Assembly (NCBI GenBank): GCA_013285735.1
Contig: JABDGZ010000002.1
Span: forward strand, 5,952-69,951
Length of the DNA: 64,000 nt
Source: Candidatus Omnitrophota bacterium
Lineage (GTDB): Bacteria > Omnitrophota > Gorgyraeia > Zapsychrales > Fredricksoniimonadaceae
Reading direction: 5' to 3'
In this document: piece by piece, positions 9,275 to 18,240 of the stretch
How positions within the stretch are numbered: position 1 is the stretch's first letter
Layout: each line of letters opens with the position of its first letter
Position numbers and translations under genes: made by a program
Notes under the pieces: model-generated
Told to the model about the DNA's origin: nothing
The model's input: only the letters and a program-made list of their open reading frames with translations
The model's database searches: none

Positions 9275-10309
9275 TTATGAAGTCAATCCACGCTGTGCCT
9301 GTCGTTGGGGACGCCAGACGCTTAAATATTGTGCTAGAAAGTACGAGCCAATCACTAATACGAGGGAAAAAACTTGAGCCAAAAGGCTTTCGGCTGATGG
9401 GTAAATCGCAAACCAAACGTTAAGCCAGCCTGGCATATTGATATTAAGGGTCGTGGTCCCAAGCCAATTAGCCTGCTGCATTTCTTGCACGCTTTCACCA
9501 ACCATGACGATCAAGACCATCCCAAGCATAATTCCCGTCAGCACAAGCATCTTGCGATACGGAAGTTTATGGTGGGCAACAAAGGTAATGACAGCCACCA
9601 TGGCTGTCAGTATCAAACCAATCACTACACCTTCAAGTACCACGGCCGTACCTGCTTTGAGCCGTAAACTTTGCAAAAATAAGACAACTTCAAAGCCTTC
9701 ACGGTAGACTGAAGTAAATCCGACAAGTACCAATCCCTTAAAGATAACTGAAGTAGGCTTGGAACTATTAACGATATCCTGCTTACGCTGATTGTGGTGA
9801 GATATCCATCCGGTCCAATAAATTTTATGAAAAAACCAATTCATAATGACCAAAAGGACGATGATGGCGAGTAAACCAGTACCTGCTTGAATATCTAATT
9901 CAGGAGCATTAATATTAGAGATAATGCCCACCACAATAAACCATGTGGCCACACTGGCTAAAAATGAAAGCCCTGCGCCCAAACTAACCGGCTTCCAATA
10001 GTCTTGAGTAGTCCGCACCAAACTTGCCGTTAACGCTGCAAGCACAAGGATTGCTTCCAGCCCTTCACGGAAGACCAGGATACCTGTGTCCATCACCACC
10101 GCAAATTTACTTAAGTGATTGTTCGTTGGGTCAGGATTACCAGATGCCGTCAGGCCTTGCCAAATAAGGGCCGCAAGTACGGAAACACCCATGATGACCA
10201 AAGAAATATTGATCACAGTTTTCCAGGCCCGGCTTTGCGGCTGGCCCTGGACCTGTAGTACAGAATCAATAATTTCTTCTTCGTTTTTTTCTATCATCGT
10301 TTCTTTCAT
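9275..10309 (-). CDS. FTR1/EfeU-family high-affinity iron permease
   Basis: Two REXXE motifs in TM helices (REGLEAILV and REGFEVVLF); polytopic. Confidence 0.85.
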   Translation of the reverse strand: MKETMIEKNEEEIIDSVLQVQGQPQSRAWKTVINISLVIMGVSVLAALIWQGLTASGNPDPTNNHLSKFAVVMDTGILVFREGLEAILVLAALTASLVRTTQDYWKPVSLGAGLSFLASVATWFIVVGIISNINAPELDIQAGTGLLAIIVLLVIMNWFFHKIYWTGWISHHNQRKQDIVNSSKPTSVIFKGLVLVGFTSVYREGFEVVLFLQSLRLKAGTAVVLEGVVIGLILTAMVAVITFVAHHKLPYRKMLVLTGIMLGMVLIVMVGESVQEMQQANWLGTTTLNINMPGWLNVWFAIYPSAESLLAQVFSLVLVIGSYFLAQYLSVWRPQRQAQRGLTS

Positions 10310-10357
10310 GGTATGAAGAGTTTCCCATTCTAACTTATCCAGGACAAAATTTCAAAA

Positions 10358-11101
10358 TTAAAATTCGTACTCAAGCACCCACTTTATTTCTCCTCGGGGA
10401 GCCGCATCAGATATGCCAAATAAGTAACCAACATCATAATTGACATGCCCGAACAAATGACCGTAAAAGCACGGGCCCACCTGATGGCTTTGTTGATTAT
10501 AATCAAGCTGGTGAGAAATCGCGCTAAAATCGTTCCAATACTCGAAACCAGGTTCGAAATACTGAAACAGACGATATTTAGTGCTCCACGATATCCCGCC
10601 ATCAGTATGCGTATCAGCGCCTCCACCGACCTCTTTATTAAAACTAATGTTTAGCGTATTGGAAATCTTCTGAAAATCTTTTTCCAACAGTATTTTACCT
10701 TCAAACTGCCCTACCTGTTTATTGATAAGCGGCGCCTCATAAGCCAAATAAATCCCTGGATCCACCCAATATTCTCCCTTGGGAGCTAGTTGAAAAATAT
10801 TTTCCCACTCCATATGAGTGGCTTGAAACTTAGTAATAGCATCATCTGTTGGCTGAGTTTCTGTTTCAAGTTCTAATTCCGTATGCCAAAAACTGTTTAC
10901 TCCGTAACCCACCGAGTAATGATATTCTTGTACAGCATTCTTATCCTTATGAGGATCAGAATCATACAATCCTGTACTTTCAAGCTCCCATTCCCCTTCC
11001 TCGGCGTTAGGCGAAAAAACGTCCTTTTCAGCATAAGCAGGATGAGATAAACCAATGGCACATAAAAAAGCAATAGTGGTTAACGTAACTTTTAACTTCA
11101 C
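10358..11101 (-). CDS. Putative outer-membrane beta-barrel protein
   Basis: Signal peptide ending HPAYA/EK, alternating aromatic-rich beta-strand pattern, and the C-terminal ...WVLEYEF typical of OMPs. Sits between the cupredoxin and FTR1 genes. Confidence 0.45.
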   Translation of the reverse strand: MKLKVTLTTIAFLCAIGLSHPAYAEKDVFSPNAEEGEWELESTGLYDSDPHKDKNAVQEYHYSVGYGVNSFWHTELELETETQPTDDAITKFQATHMEWENIFQLAPKGEYWVDPGIYLAYEAPLINKQVGQFEGKILLEKDFQKISNTLNISFNKEVGGGADTHTDGGISWSTKYRLFQYFEPGFEYWNDFSAISHQLDYNQQSHQVGPCFYGHLFGHVNYDVGYLFGISDAAPRGEIKWVLEYEF

Positions 11102-11129
11102 TTAAGACCTCCTGTTTATATTTGTAAAA

Positions 11130-11155
11130 GATTCCCGCTTATCAAGGGAATGACA
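11130..11155. repeat. Hairpin repeat family 1 (GGATTCCCGC...GCGGGAATGAC type), degenerate copy
   Basis: gattcccgcttatcaagggaatgac; intergenic between the cupredoxin and OMP genes. Confidence 0.6.
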
Positions 11156-11172
11156 AGTAACGTAGTAAATAT

Positions 11173-11508
11173 TTATTGAGCAACAATAACACCTGTGGAA
11201 CTTTTATGAAAATCCGCCCAATACTTATACGTTCCTGGCTGTAAGGGCCCCAGATAAACAATCATTTTTTTATTGCCTTCTACGACCTGTTCACGGTCTA
11301 AGTCAAAACTTTCAAATTCTTCTGGCGTTGGGTCTTGATTATCAACTGTTACCTGAAGCTTTTGGCCAGCAGCGACCGTTAATTGGGCTGGATCAAATTG
11401 ATGATTCTTAATCACAATGGTATTAGGCGCCTGAGTTTCAGCCAAAGACAAAACCGGCAACCAAACACAAACACCTAAAACTAAATAAACAATCAGACGA
11501 ACAACCAT
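11173..11508 (-). CDS. Cupredoxin-like periplasmic protein (FtrB/EfeO-N-like)
   Basis: Signal/TM MVVRLIVYLVLGVCVWLPVLSLAE, then a single beta-sandwich (IVIKNHQFDPAQLTVAAGQKLQVTVDNQD...GTYKYWADFH). Start moved from 11556 to the ATG at 11506-11508, which has AAGGAG 6 nt upstream. The longer ORF start lies inside a hairpin repeat. Confidence 0.65.
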   Translation of the reverse strand: MVVRLIVYLVLGVCVWLPVLSLAETQAPNTIVIKNHQFDPAQLTVAAGQKLQVTVDNQDPTPEEFESFDLDREQVVEGNKKMIVYLGPLQPGTYKYWADFHKSSTGVIVAQ

Positions 11509-11530
11509 GACATTCTCCTTAAGTAGCTTA

Positions 11531-11554
11531 TCATTCCCGCAAAAGCGGGAATCC
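11531..11554. repeat. Hairpin repeat family 1
   Basis: tcattcccgcaaaagcgggaatcc; 8-bp stem, 4-nt loop. Creates the spurious MDSRFCGND extension of ORF 11173-11556. Confidence 0.8.
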
Positions 11555-11592
11555 ATTAAAATTTTTTATACCCTAATACGTTATTATTTACC

Positions 11593-11820
11593 TTATTTAA
11601 TCCCTTTCTTTTTCCTTACGGGCAATTTACTCTTCCAACCTTCTCCCAAACAACTGGAACAATCCGAAAGCATCTGTTCATACGGCACCAGGCATATTTG
11701 CTTGCTGCGGGGACATTTTAATTCATAGCCCTCTCTAGTCTTAATATAGAGCAGCTTGCCGGCGTCGGATCTTACTTCCGTGATCTTCTCCCCGTTTCTG
11801 GTAATAATTTTTTCTTTCAT
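11593..11820 (-). CDS. Hypothetical small protein
   Basis: ORF only. Four Cys (C-x6-C ... C-x2-C) and a basic tail. No recognisable family. Confidence 0.3.
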   Translation of the reverse strand: MKEKIITRNGEKITEVRSDAGKLLYIKTREGYELKCPRSKQICLVPYEQMLSDCSSCLGEGWKSKLPVRKKKGIK

Positions 11821-11976
11821 ATTCTACGGAAGAAATAAAAAGCCCTACTTCTGGTTTAGAAAAGGGCTCTGGATGCAAGATCGCACGCCTCTGTTTATCC
11901 AATGATGTAACTAAGTCGACTTACGACTTAGTTTAGTAATTTATTTTATTTTGTCAAGAAAAAAACTTAAGCAGAT

Positions 11977-12357
11977 TTAAAGGCGTGCTATCCATAATAA
12001 AAAACTAGGGATCATAATCCCCATCAACAAACAACCCCAAACAATCCATCCTTGGGCATACTTAAAGGCCATGATAATACCTAATATGGTCGTGGCCAAT
12101 ACTCCCACTGACATCAAAACAATCAACCACTGCAAAGGCACTGATGGCTGAGGAACCATTGCCCTGTCAACCCATCTCTGATTTTTATGAACTTGTGAAA
12201 GTGATTTGATAATTGCAGGCGGCTCGTAGCTGCCGTCTTCGCTAGCGTGATTCAAATTAAATGTCTGCCAAGATCCGCTGATGATGAAAAAAAGAAGCAA
12301 TGGGGCGAAAAAAACTCCTAAATACAGATGTATACTTCTCATCACTTTAATATTCAT
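11977..12357 (-). CDS. Small membrane protein, PepSY-associated-TM-like (putative)
   Basis: MRSIHLYLGVFFAPLLLFFIISGSWQTF resembles the PepSY_TM/PiuB helix signature. Two to three TM segments. Confidence 0.35.
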   Translation of the reverse strand: MNIKVMRSIHLYLGVFFAPLLLFFIISGSWQTFNLNHASEDGSYEPPAIIKSLSQVHKNQRWVDRAMVPQPSVPLQWLIVLMSVGVLATTILGIIMAFKYAQGWIVWGCLLMGIMIPSFLLWIARL

Positions 12358-12489
12358 AATCTAACCAACTTTTTGTCTGCCTCATCCTTATATACATTCC
12401 GTTATTGAGCGTCGAATTATATCTAAGAATCGGATTTAAGGAAAGAATTATATGTAAAGGGACTTTTACATGATAACCTATAAGAATAT

Positions 12490-14364
12490 ATGCCTAAACT
12501 GACTGTTGATAAAAAAACTTTGCCTCATGCTGGCCTTACTCTTGCAGCCCTTGGAATTGTTTTTGGTGATATCGGAACCAGCCCGCTGTATACCTTAAAA
12601 ACCGTTCTTGATCTTGCCGGCGGAAAGGCAACACCCGAAGCTGCGCTGGGGCTTGTATCCCTTATTATCTGGACGCTGTTAATCACTGTATCTCTTAAAT
12701 ATGTGACCTTTGTGATGCGGGCTGATAATAACGGCGAAGGCGGCATCATGGCGCTGATGTCCTTGCTGAGACAGCATAAACATCATCGCCCTGTGATCAT
12801 TGCCCTTGGACTTTTTGGAGCGGCACTTATCTACGGCGATGGCGCCATCACACCAGCGATTTCGGTACTATCAGCTATCGAGGGCTTGAAAATAGCAGCC
12901 CCGGCGATGACGCCCTATGTTTTACTAATTTCGATTGCTATTCTTCTTACTCTGTTTGCTTTTCAATCGCAAGGAACCGCACGGATTGGGGGTGTTTTTG
13001 GACCTGTGATGACTGTATGGTTTCTTGTCATTGGCATTTTGGGCCTGTGGGGTATTGTGCAACATCCGGCTGTGCTTGCAGCTTTTAACCCTTGGTGCGG
13101 ATTCCATTATCTCCTCACTAATGGGGCAAAAGGTTTTTTAGTTCTTGGCGGTGTCTTTCTGGCTGTAACTGGGGCCGAAGCGCTTTTTGCTGACATGGGG
13201 CATTTTGGCGCAAGCCCTATTCGTTTGGCGTGGTATGGACTAGTCTTGCCTTCCTTGATCTTGAATTATACAGGGCAAGCAGCCTTACTGATGTCCGGCG
13301 GCCCGGTCAGCGATAACATTTTCTATCAATTATGCCCTGCACCTCTGCTTTTACCCTTAATTATTCTTGCCACCGTAGCCACTGTTATTGCCAGCCAGTC
13401 GATTATCACCGGAGCCTATTCCATGACACGGCAGGCCATTCAACTTGGGCAGTGCCCACGCCTGAAGATCACACAAACATCGTCGGAAGGTTACGGTCAA
13501 ATCTATATCGGCGCTGTGAATTGGATATTGATGATTGTCACGATAGGAATAACTTGTTTTTTCGGCAGTTCAGATCGTTTGGCTGCTGCCTATGGCATTG
13601 CGGTGTCCTTGACCATGCTGCTGACAACAGCACTACTTTTTGTGGTGTCACGAGAAGTCTGGAAATGGAATCTTTTAGTCAGTCTCGCAGTCACAGGCAC
13701 ATTTTTCTGCATTGACGCGGCTTTTTTTAGTGCGAATTCCTTAAAAATCCTGGATGGCGGTTGGGTACCACTGGTTCTTGCTATCGTAATTTATACAATC
13801 ATGTTGACCTGGCGACGGGGTTATGTTGCCTTGACAAAAGGGATATACTCCCTGGCCGTACCTGTTAATGATTTTATCACGTACCTTAAAACTACAGCTG
13901 TACACCGTATTTCCGGCACCGCCGTATTTATCACCAAGACAACCGAAAAAACGCCGCCGATTATCGTCTGGCAAGTCACTTTTAACAAGGTGTTGCATGA
14001 GCATGTTATTGCGCTCGCGGTTGTTACCACTCAAACTCCTTGGGTTGAAGAGGACAAAAGATTCACTGTTGAGTGCCTTGCCCCCAATTTTTGGCGGGTG
14101 ATTGGGTTTTACGGTTTTATGGAGAAACCAGATATTCCGCTGCTTTTAGAGCAGATAAAAAAACATGGATGTAATCTTGATTTAAGTGATATCGTTTATT
14201 ACGTCCCGCACGAAACCATCCTGCACTGTACCCAAGGCACCGGATTACCCTTATGGCAAGAAAAAATCTTCGCCTTTCTCCTGCGCAACTCGGCGCAAAT
14301 CGATGAGTACTTAAACTTGCCGCGTAAATCTGTGATCGAGGTTGGCAGGCAGATCGAAATCTGA
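12490..14364 (+). CDS. kup: KUP/HAK/KT potassium uptake transporter
   Basis: Hallmark GIVFGDIGTSPLYT near the N-terminus, 12 TM segments, and a cytoplasmic C-terminal domain. Confidence 0.9.
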   Translation: MPKLTVDKKTLPHAGLTLAALGIVFGDIGTSPLYTLKTVLDLAGGKATPEAALGLVSLIIWTLLITVSLKYVTFVMRADNNGEGGIMALMSLLRQHKHHRPVIIALGLFGAALIYGDGAITPAISVLSAIEGLKIAAPAMTPYVLLISIAILLTLFAFQSQGTARIGGVFGPVMTVWFLVIGILGLWGIVQHPAVLAAFNPWCGFHYLLTNGAKGFLVLGGVFLAVTGAEALFADMGHFGASPIRLAWYGLVLPSLILNYTGQAALLMSGGPVSDNIFYQLCPAPLLLPLIILATVATVIASQSIITGAYSMTRQAIQLGQCPRLKITQTSSEGYGQIYIGAVNWILMIVTIGITCFFGSSDRLAAAYGIAVSLTMLLTTALLFVVSREVWKWNLLVSLAVTGTFFCIDAAFFSANSLKILDGGWVPLVLAIVIYTIMLTWRRGYVALTKGIYSLAVPVNDFITYLKTTAVHRISGTAVFITKTTEKTPPIIVWQVTFNKVLHEHVIALAVVTTQTPWVEEDKRFTVECLAPNFWRVIGFYGFMEKPDIPLLLEQIKKHGCNLDLSDIVYYVPHETILHCTQGTGLPLWQEKIFAFLLRNSAQIDEYLNLPRKSVIEVGRQIEI

Positions 14365-14373
14365 GTGTTAATC

Positions 14374-15555
14374 TTAAAAATGGATTTCTGTTCTTAACAT
14401 AAAAACACTAGCGTTTTTAATCGCATCTTCACCATTTGGATGTTGAACATATTGAATATCCGGTTGCAGATATACTCCATCGTGGATTTGAATTTGATAC
14501 GTCCATTCATACGTTGTCTCATTGCTGCCTTGCCCCGCTGCTCGCAGTTTATCGCTAAAGTAAGAATCAGTACAAGCAATTCCCATCACGTCTTTGGGGC
14601 GAAAAGGTATAAGGCCGGTATAGTTTAATCCCCCTGCCAAAGAATCCTCAACAGTGTTACGATCCTCAGGCGATCCCCCACCAAAAATGAATATATTAAG
14701 CCCTTGGGTTTCATTAACTTGATAAATCCTCTGATCAAGCATAGCGTACGTCCCATAATCGCCGTCAATATTTCCCACATCGGTGCTGTTATACCAAAAC
14801 CCACCTTTAATCGTTCCTGCCAAGCCTCCTTCTACAGGAAGCTTATAATGATACTGCCCTTCTTCAATACTTAAAAGGCCTTCTCCGTTACCGAAATGAG
14901 TGCTGTGGTCGTTAACATCATTATTTAAAGGATTGCCTTGAAAAAAACCTGCTAAAAAATCAAAATTTTCGTTGGGAGAATATTTAAGCCTTGCGGCTGG
15001 AACAGGCTCAGGGTAGATAGCATCGCTATTATTGCCAACCCAAAAAGAAGACATGATATTCATAGAACTATTGATATAAAGATTCCCGGAATCACTGACT
15101 AAGAATTCCGAATTTAAATCAACTAACCCAAATTTGACGGAAAATTTATTATCAAAAAGACTTTGCTGGTACCATCCCTCATAAATACGGGTTGAACGGG
15201 TGGCCTCGATATCGCTGACAGTTTGTAAATCACCCACCATATGATCTGCGGTTGGTTTCAATCCTCCATGAACATTTAGCAGATCTAAATGAAGGAGTCC
15301 TCCTTGAAGAAGGCCGGCTTTCTCTAAATCAAGATCACTAACAAAATCAAAACGTCCGAGCCATGTATTATTGTCAATCAGACCTCCTTTATAAACACTG
15401 ATATAATCTTCAATGACATACGGATCAAAGGTAAGCCCTTTAGATGCTAAAAAATCTCTCTGGCTTTTAAAAAGAATACCATCATCTGCAAATGTTAGAG
15501 TAATCGGTAAAAAAATGATAGATGTCCCAATGAGAATTGAAAATATATTTCTCAT
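14374..15555 (-). CDS. Carbohydrate-selective porin, OprB family
   Basis: Signal peptide, beta-strand-rich sequence, and the family-typical C-terminal region YLQPDIQYVQHPNG ... MLRTEIHF. Confidence 0.7.
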   Translation of the reverse strand: MRNIFSILIGTSIIFLPITLTFADDGILFKSQRDFLASKGLTFDPYVIEDYISVYKGGLIDNNTWLGRFDFVSDLDLEKAGLLQGGLLHLDLLNVHGGLKPTADHMVGDLQTVSDIEATRSTRIYEGWYQQSLFDNKFSVKFGLVDLNSEFLVSDSGNLYINSSMNIMSSFWVGNNSDAIYPEPVPAARLKYSPNENFDFLAGFFQGNPLNNDVNDHSTHFGNGEGLLSIEEGQYHYKLPVEGGLAGTIKGGFWYNSTDVGNIDGDYGTYAMLDQRIYQVNETQGLNIFIFGGGSPEDRNTVEDSLAGGLNYTGLIPFRPKDVMGIACTDSYFSDKLRAAGQGSNETTYEWTYQIQIHDGVYLQPDIQYVQHPNGEDAIKNASVFMLRTEIHF

Positions 15556-15558
15556 GGT

Positions 15559-16902
15559 CTATCCTTTTATCCAACCTTGAACAGTAACCCACACTAAATA
15601 CACATTTAATACAAGAATCACAGCCGCGGATATCCATGAAAGCACTATAAGCCATGGTGCATTAACAAAGATCCCCATTTTCTTCTTATCGCAGGTAAAG
15701 ATAACCAGTGGGATTACCGCGAAACTTAATTGAAGGGATAAAATAACCTGACTTAAAATCAATAAATTGTTTGTTCCCTTTTCTCCAAACATCGACGCCA
15801 CAATGGCTGCAGGGATAATCGCTATCAACCGGGTTATCATACGCCTAACCCATGGACGCAGGCGGATATTCAGAAATCCTTCCATAACAATCTGGCCTGC
15901 CAAGGTCCCTGTTAAGGTGGCATTCTGTCCGGACGCTAAAAGTGCAATCGCAAACACTATACTTGCCAAAGAAGCCCCCAAAACCGGAGATAATAAATGG
16001 TATGCATCCTGAATTTCTGCTACGTCCTGATGTCCACTATTATGGAATGCTGCGGCAGCCAGGACCAAAATCGCGGCATTGATAAAGAACGCAAGCATTA
16101 AAGCAACAGCTGAGTCAATGGCCGCGAAATGGAGGGCCATCTTCTTGCCCTTTTCGTTTCGCTCAAACGCCCGGGTTTGCACAATACTCGAATGCAGATA
16201 CAGATTATGTGGCATAACTGTAGCCCCTAAAATCCCAATGGCGATATATAGCATGCTGGGATTAGTGACGATCTCAGGTCTGGGTAATAAATTCGACAAG
16301 AACAACGGTAACGAAGGGTTTGAAACAACCATCTCATAGGCAAAACATGTTCCAATTAAGACGATCAACCCTCCCACTATACTTTCAATAATACGAAACC
16401 CCTTATACTGTAAGAATAAAATAACAAGAACGTCAAACGCAGTAAGGAAGATACCTACAATAATAGGAAGATGAAAAAGCAGATTCAAGGCAATGGCAGA
16501 CCCAATGACTTCAGCCAAATCACATGAGGCGATGGCTATCTCTGCTCCAAGCCATAACATGATGGATACTGGTTTACTGTAATGGTCACGGCAGGCTTGG
16601 GCCAAATCACGTTCGGTAACAATGCCAAGTTTAAGAGACAAATGTTGCAACAGAATGGCTAAAAAGTTGGAAATCAATATCACGGACAATAAAATGTAAC
16701 CATATTGAGCTCCACCAGCTAAATCCGTGGCCCAATTACCTGGATCCATGTAACCAACCGCGATGATAAGTCCCGGCCCTAAAAATGCCAGCATTTTACG
16801 GCCCCAATTAGCATTTGCTGGCACCTGGACGGTTGAATGCACTTCTGATAAACTTACTGTTTTACTGTCCTGCCTCCATGCCAACTTCATAATTCCCACC
16901 AC
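15559..16902 (-). CDS. mntH: Nramp-family divalent metal (Mn2+/Fe2+) transporter
   Basis: GPGLIIAVGYMDPGNWATDLAGGAQYGY and MPHNLYLHS motifs. Confidence 0.9.
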   Translation of the reverse strand: MVGIMKLAWRQDSKTVSLSEVHSTVQVPANANWGRKMLAFLGPGLIIAVGYMDPGNWATDLAGGAQYGYILLSVILISNFLAILLQHLSLKLGIVTERDLAQACRDHYSKPVSIMLWLGAEIAIASCDLAEVIGSAIALNLLFHLPIIVGIFLTAFDVLVILFLQYKGFRIIESIVGGLIVLIGTCFAYEMVVSNPSLPLFLSNLLPRPEIVTNPSMLYIAIGILGATVMPHNLYLHSSIVQTRAFERNEKGKKMALHFAAIDSAVALMLAFFINAAILVLAAAAFHNSGHQDVAEIQDAYHLLSPVLGASLASIVFAIALLASGQNATLTGTLAGQIVMEGFLNIRLRPWVRRMITRLIAIIPAAIVASMFGEKGTNNLLILSQVILSLQLSFAVIPLVIFTCDKKKMGIFVNAPWLIVLSWISAAVILVLNVYLVWVTVQGWIKG

Positions 16903-16943
16903 CTATTATTGATATACTGTCTCATAATTATTTCAAAAAAAAT

Positions 16944-17441
16944 TTATACTTCCTTTAACTGACAATCCTTACAAATTCCATAAAAGTGCATTTCATGGCC
17001 TAAAATTTTAAAACCCTGTTTTTCCAAATATTGATGATAAATCTTATCTTCCTTCCTATCCGGAAATTCAATAAAATTGTGGCAGCGGATACATTGGGCG
17101 TGGTGATGGGGCTTCTCATCATAAACATGTTCAAAATGGCGGTGCTTGTCTCCAAAGGCGGTTTCACGGATAATACCAGCTTCTAATAAGTCATTCAGCA
17201 CACGAAAAACAGTTGGCCTGGAGACTTTTAGTTTCTTCTGTAAGCATTCTTTGACGAGTTCTTCCGCCGTAAAATGCCCATGTGAACGCATAACCTCATC
17301 AAAAATAATCTCCCGGCCGTGACTTACCCTGCGTCCAGCCTTGGCTAAATGACGCAAAAATTTGGCGCGTTCATTCTCAATCATTTGTAGATCAACCTTT
17401 AGCATATGAGATACTGTATCATTAAGAAAAAAACAAGTCAA
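16944..17441 (-). CDS. Fur-family metalloregulator
   Basis: Winged-helix region (VSRPTVFRVLNDLLEAGII), HHHAQCIRCHNFIEF and ICKDC metal sites. The true start may be the internal MLKVDLQ at 17408. Confidence 0.85.
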   Translation of the reverse strand: MTCFFLNDTVSHMLKVDLQMIENERAKFLRHLAKAGRRVSHGREIIFDEVMRSHGHFTAEELVKECLQKKLKVSRPTVFRVLNDLLEAGIIRETAFGDKHRHFEHVYDEKPHHHAQCIRCHNFIEFPDRKEDKIYHQYLEKQGFKILGHEMHFYGICKDCQLKEV

Positions 17442-17475
17442 GAAAAAATAATACTCACCGCTAGTATTGAAGTGG

Positions 17476-18240
17476 TTATTTTTTGTAATTCGCAGTTACA
17501 TCTATGGCAGAAACATATTTAAGTTCGGGGGCCCAGCGCATGGGGAAAATTAAAGAAGTTTTCTTAAAGCTGCTGGCATAGATAGGATGACTAGCATCTG
17601 CTTGTGAGGCTTTAGTTGTGAACCAGGCATGATCTAAAATGTTTGGTTCAGCAGCGCCTGTATAATGCCACCTTCCATCCCAAATCTCAACCCAGGTATG
17701 ATTACCACTTTCGTCAGGCCACATCGGAATTGCCGCAATCCGGGCTGGAATACCGACCGAACGCAGAGCATCGACCAACAAAATCGAAAGACCCGTACAA
17801 GAAGCATAATGGGCTTTAATAGACTCATACGGACTTTGATCAGGCTTAGGTCGTTTATCTGCGCTATAGGAAACATGCAGGGTATCGAAAACATATTTGT
17901 TTAATCTTATCACCGCCTGATCTATGGTTTTACTTTCCTGGGCGATTTTGATAAAGCGTTGATGAAAATCTGCGCGCCAATCATCTCGCAGCTCATTAAG
18001 AGAAGCATACGGCAAAACATCGTTGAGAAAAATATTTTTTGGAATACTCTTACCCCAAGGAACCTCATCCATCACCTGGTAGGCAAGCTTCGTATTTTCA
18101 ACCAGGAAGGCAGGCGATAAGCCTGTGCGGTCTTGGGGGGGCATATTCGCCATCAAAAAACTTAAGCCTTCATCTTCTTGATTTGCCCACGCAGGATTGG
18201 TACAAAAGAATAACAATATAAAGGCAATTAAAAACTTCAT
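17476..18240 (-). CDS. Secreted transglutaminase-like cysteine protease-fold protein
   Basis: Signal peptide. Catalytic Cys context YASCTGLSILLVDALRSVGIPARI and GNHTWVEIWDGRWH. Confidence 0.7.
   Translation of the reverse strand: MKFLIAFILLFFCTNPAWANQEDEGLSFLMANMPPQDRTGLSPAFLVENTKLAYQVMDEVPWGKSIPKNIFLNDVLPYASLNELRDDWRADFHQRFIKIAQESKTIDQAVIRLNKYVFDTLHVSYSADKRPKPDQSPYESIKAHYASCTGLSILLVDALRSVGIPARIAAIPMWPDESGNHTWVEIWDGRWHYTGAAEPNILDHAWFTTKASQADASHPIYASSFKKTSLIFPMRWAPELKYVSAIDVTANYKK

Noticed and set aside
9192-9416. A 74-aa ORF overlapping the 3' end of the FTR1 permease gene.
   Set aside because: It overlaps the permease in another frame, has no motifs, and is best explained as a chance ORF.
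11509-11556. N-terminal extensions MDSRFCGND... (and MDSRFPLRG... at 44285-44347) as genuine protein N-termini.
   Set aside because: They are translations of the family-1 hairpin repeat. Better-supported downstream starts exist: an SD for the cupredoxin, and the canonical PanD N-terminus.
11821-11976. Possible small RNA or terminators: hairpin CTAAGTCGacttaCGACTTAG at 11911-11931 followed by a T-rich run on the + strand, and AGCCCT...AGGGCT at 11841-11868.
   Set aside because: No + strand gene precedes the first hairpin. The second has only a 6-bp stem with a 16-nt loop. This is not enough to call an sRNA or a confident terminator.
12358-12489. A possible riboswitch (for example c-di-AMP/ydaO type) upstream of kup. 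A 7-bp inverted repeat, ATGTAAAgggactTTTACAT, lies at 12452-12471.
   Set aside because: The region is only 132 nt. I could not find the conserved ydaO core sequences. A single AT-rich hairpin is insufficient evidence. It may be a simple operator or nothing at all.
16903-16943. A manganese (yybP-ykoY) riboswitch upstream of mntH.
   Set aside because: The fur-mntH spacer is only 41 nt, too short for that element. Regulation by the adjacent Fur-family protein is more plausible.
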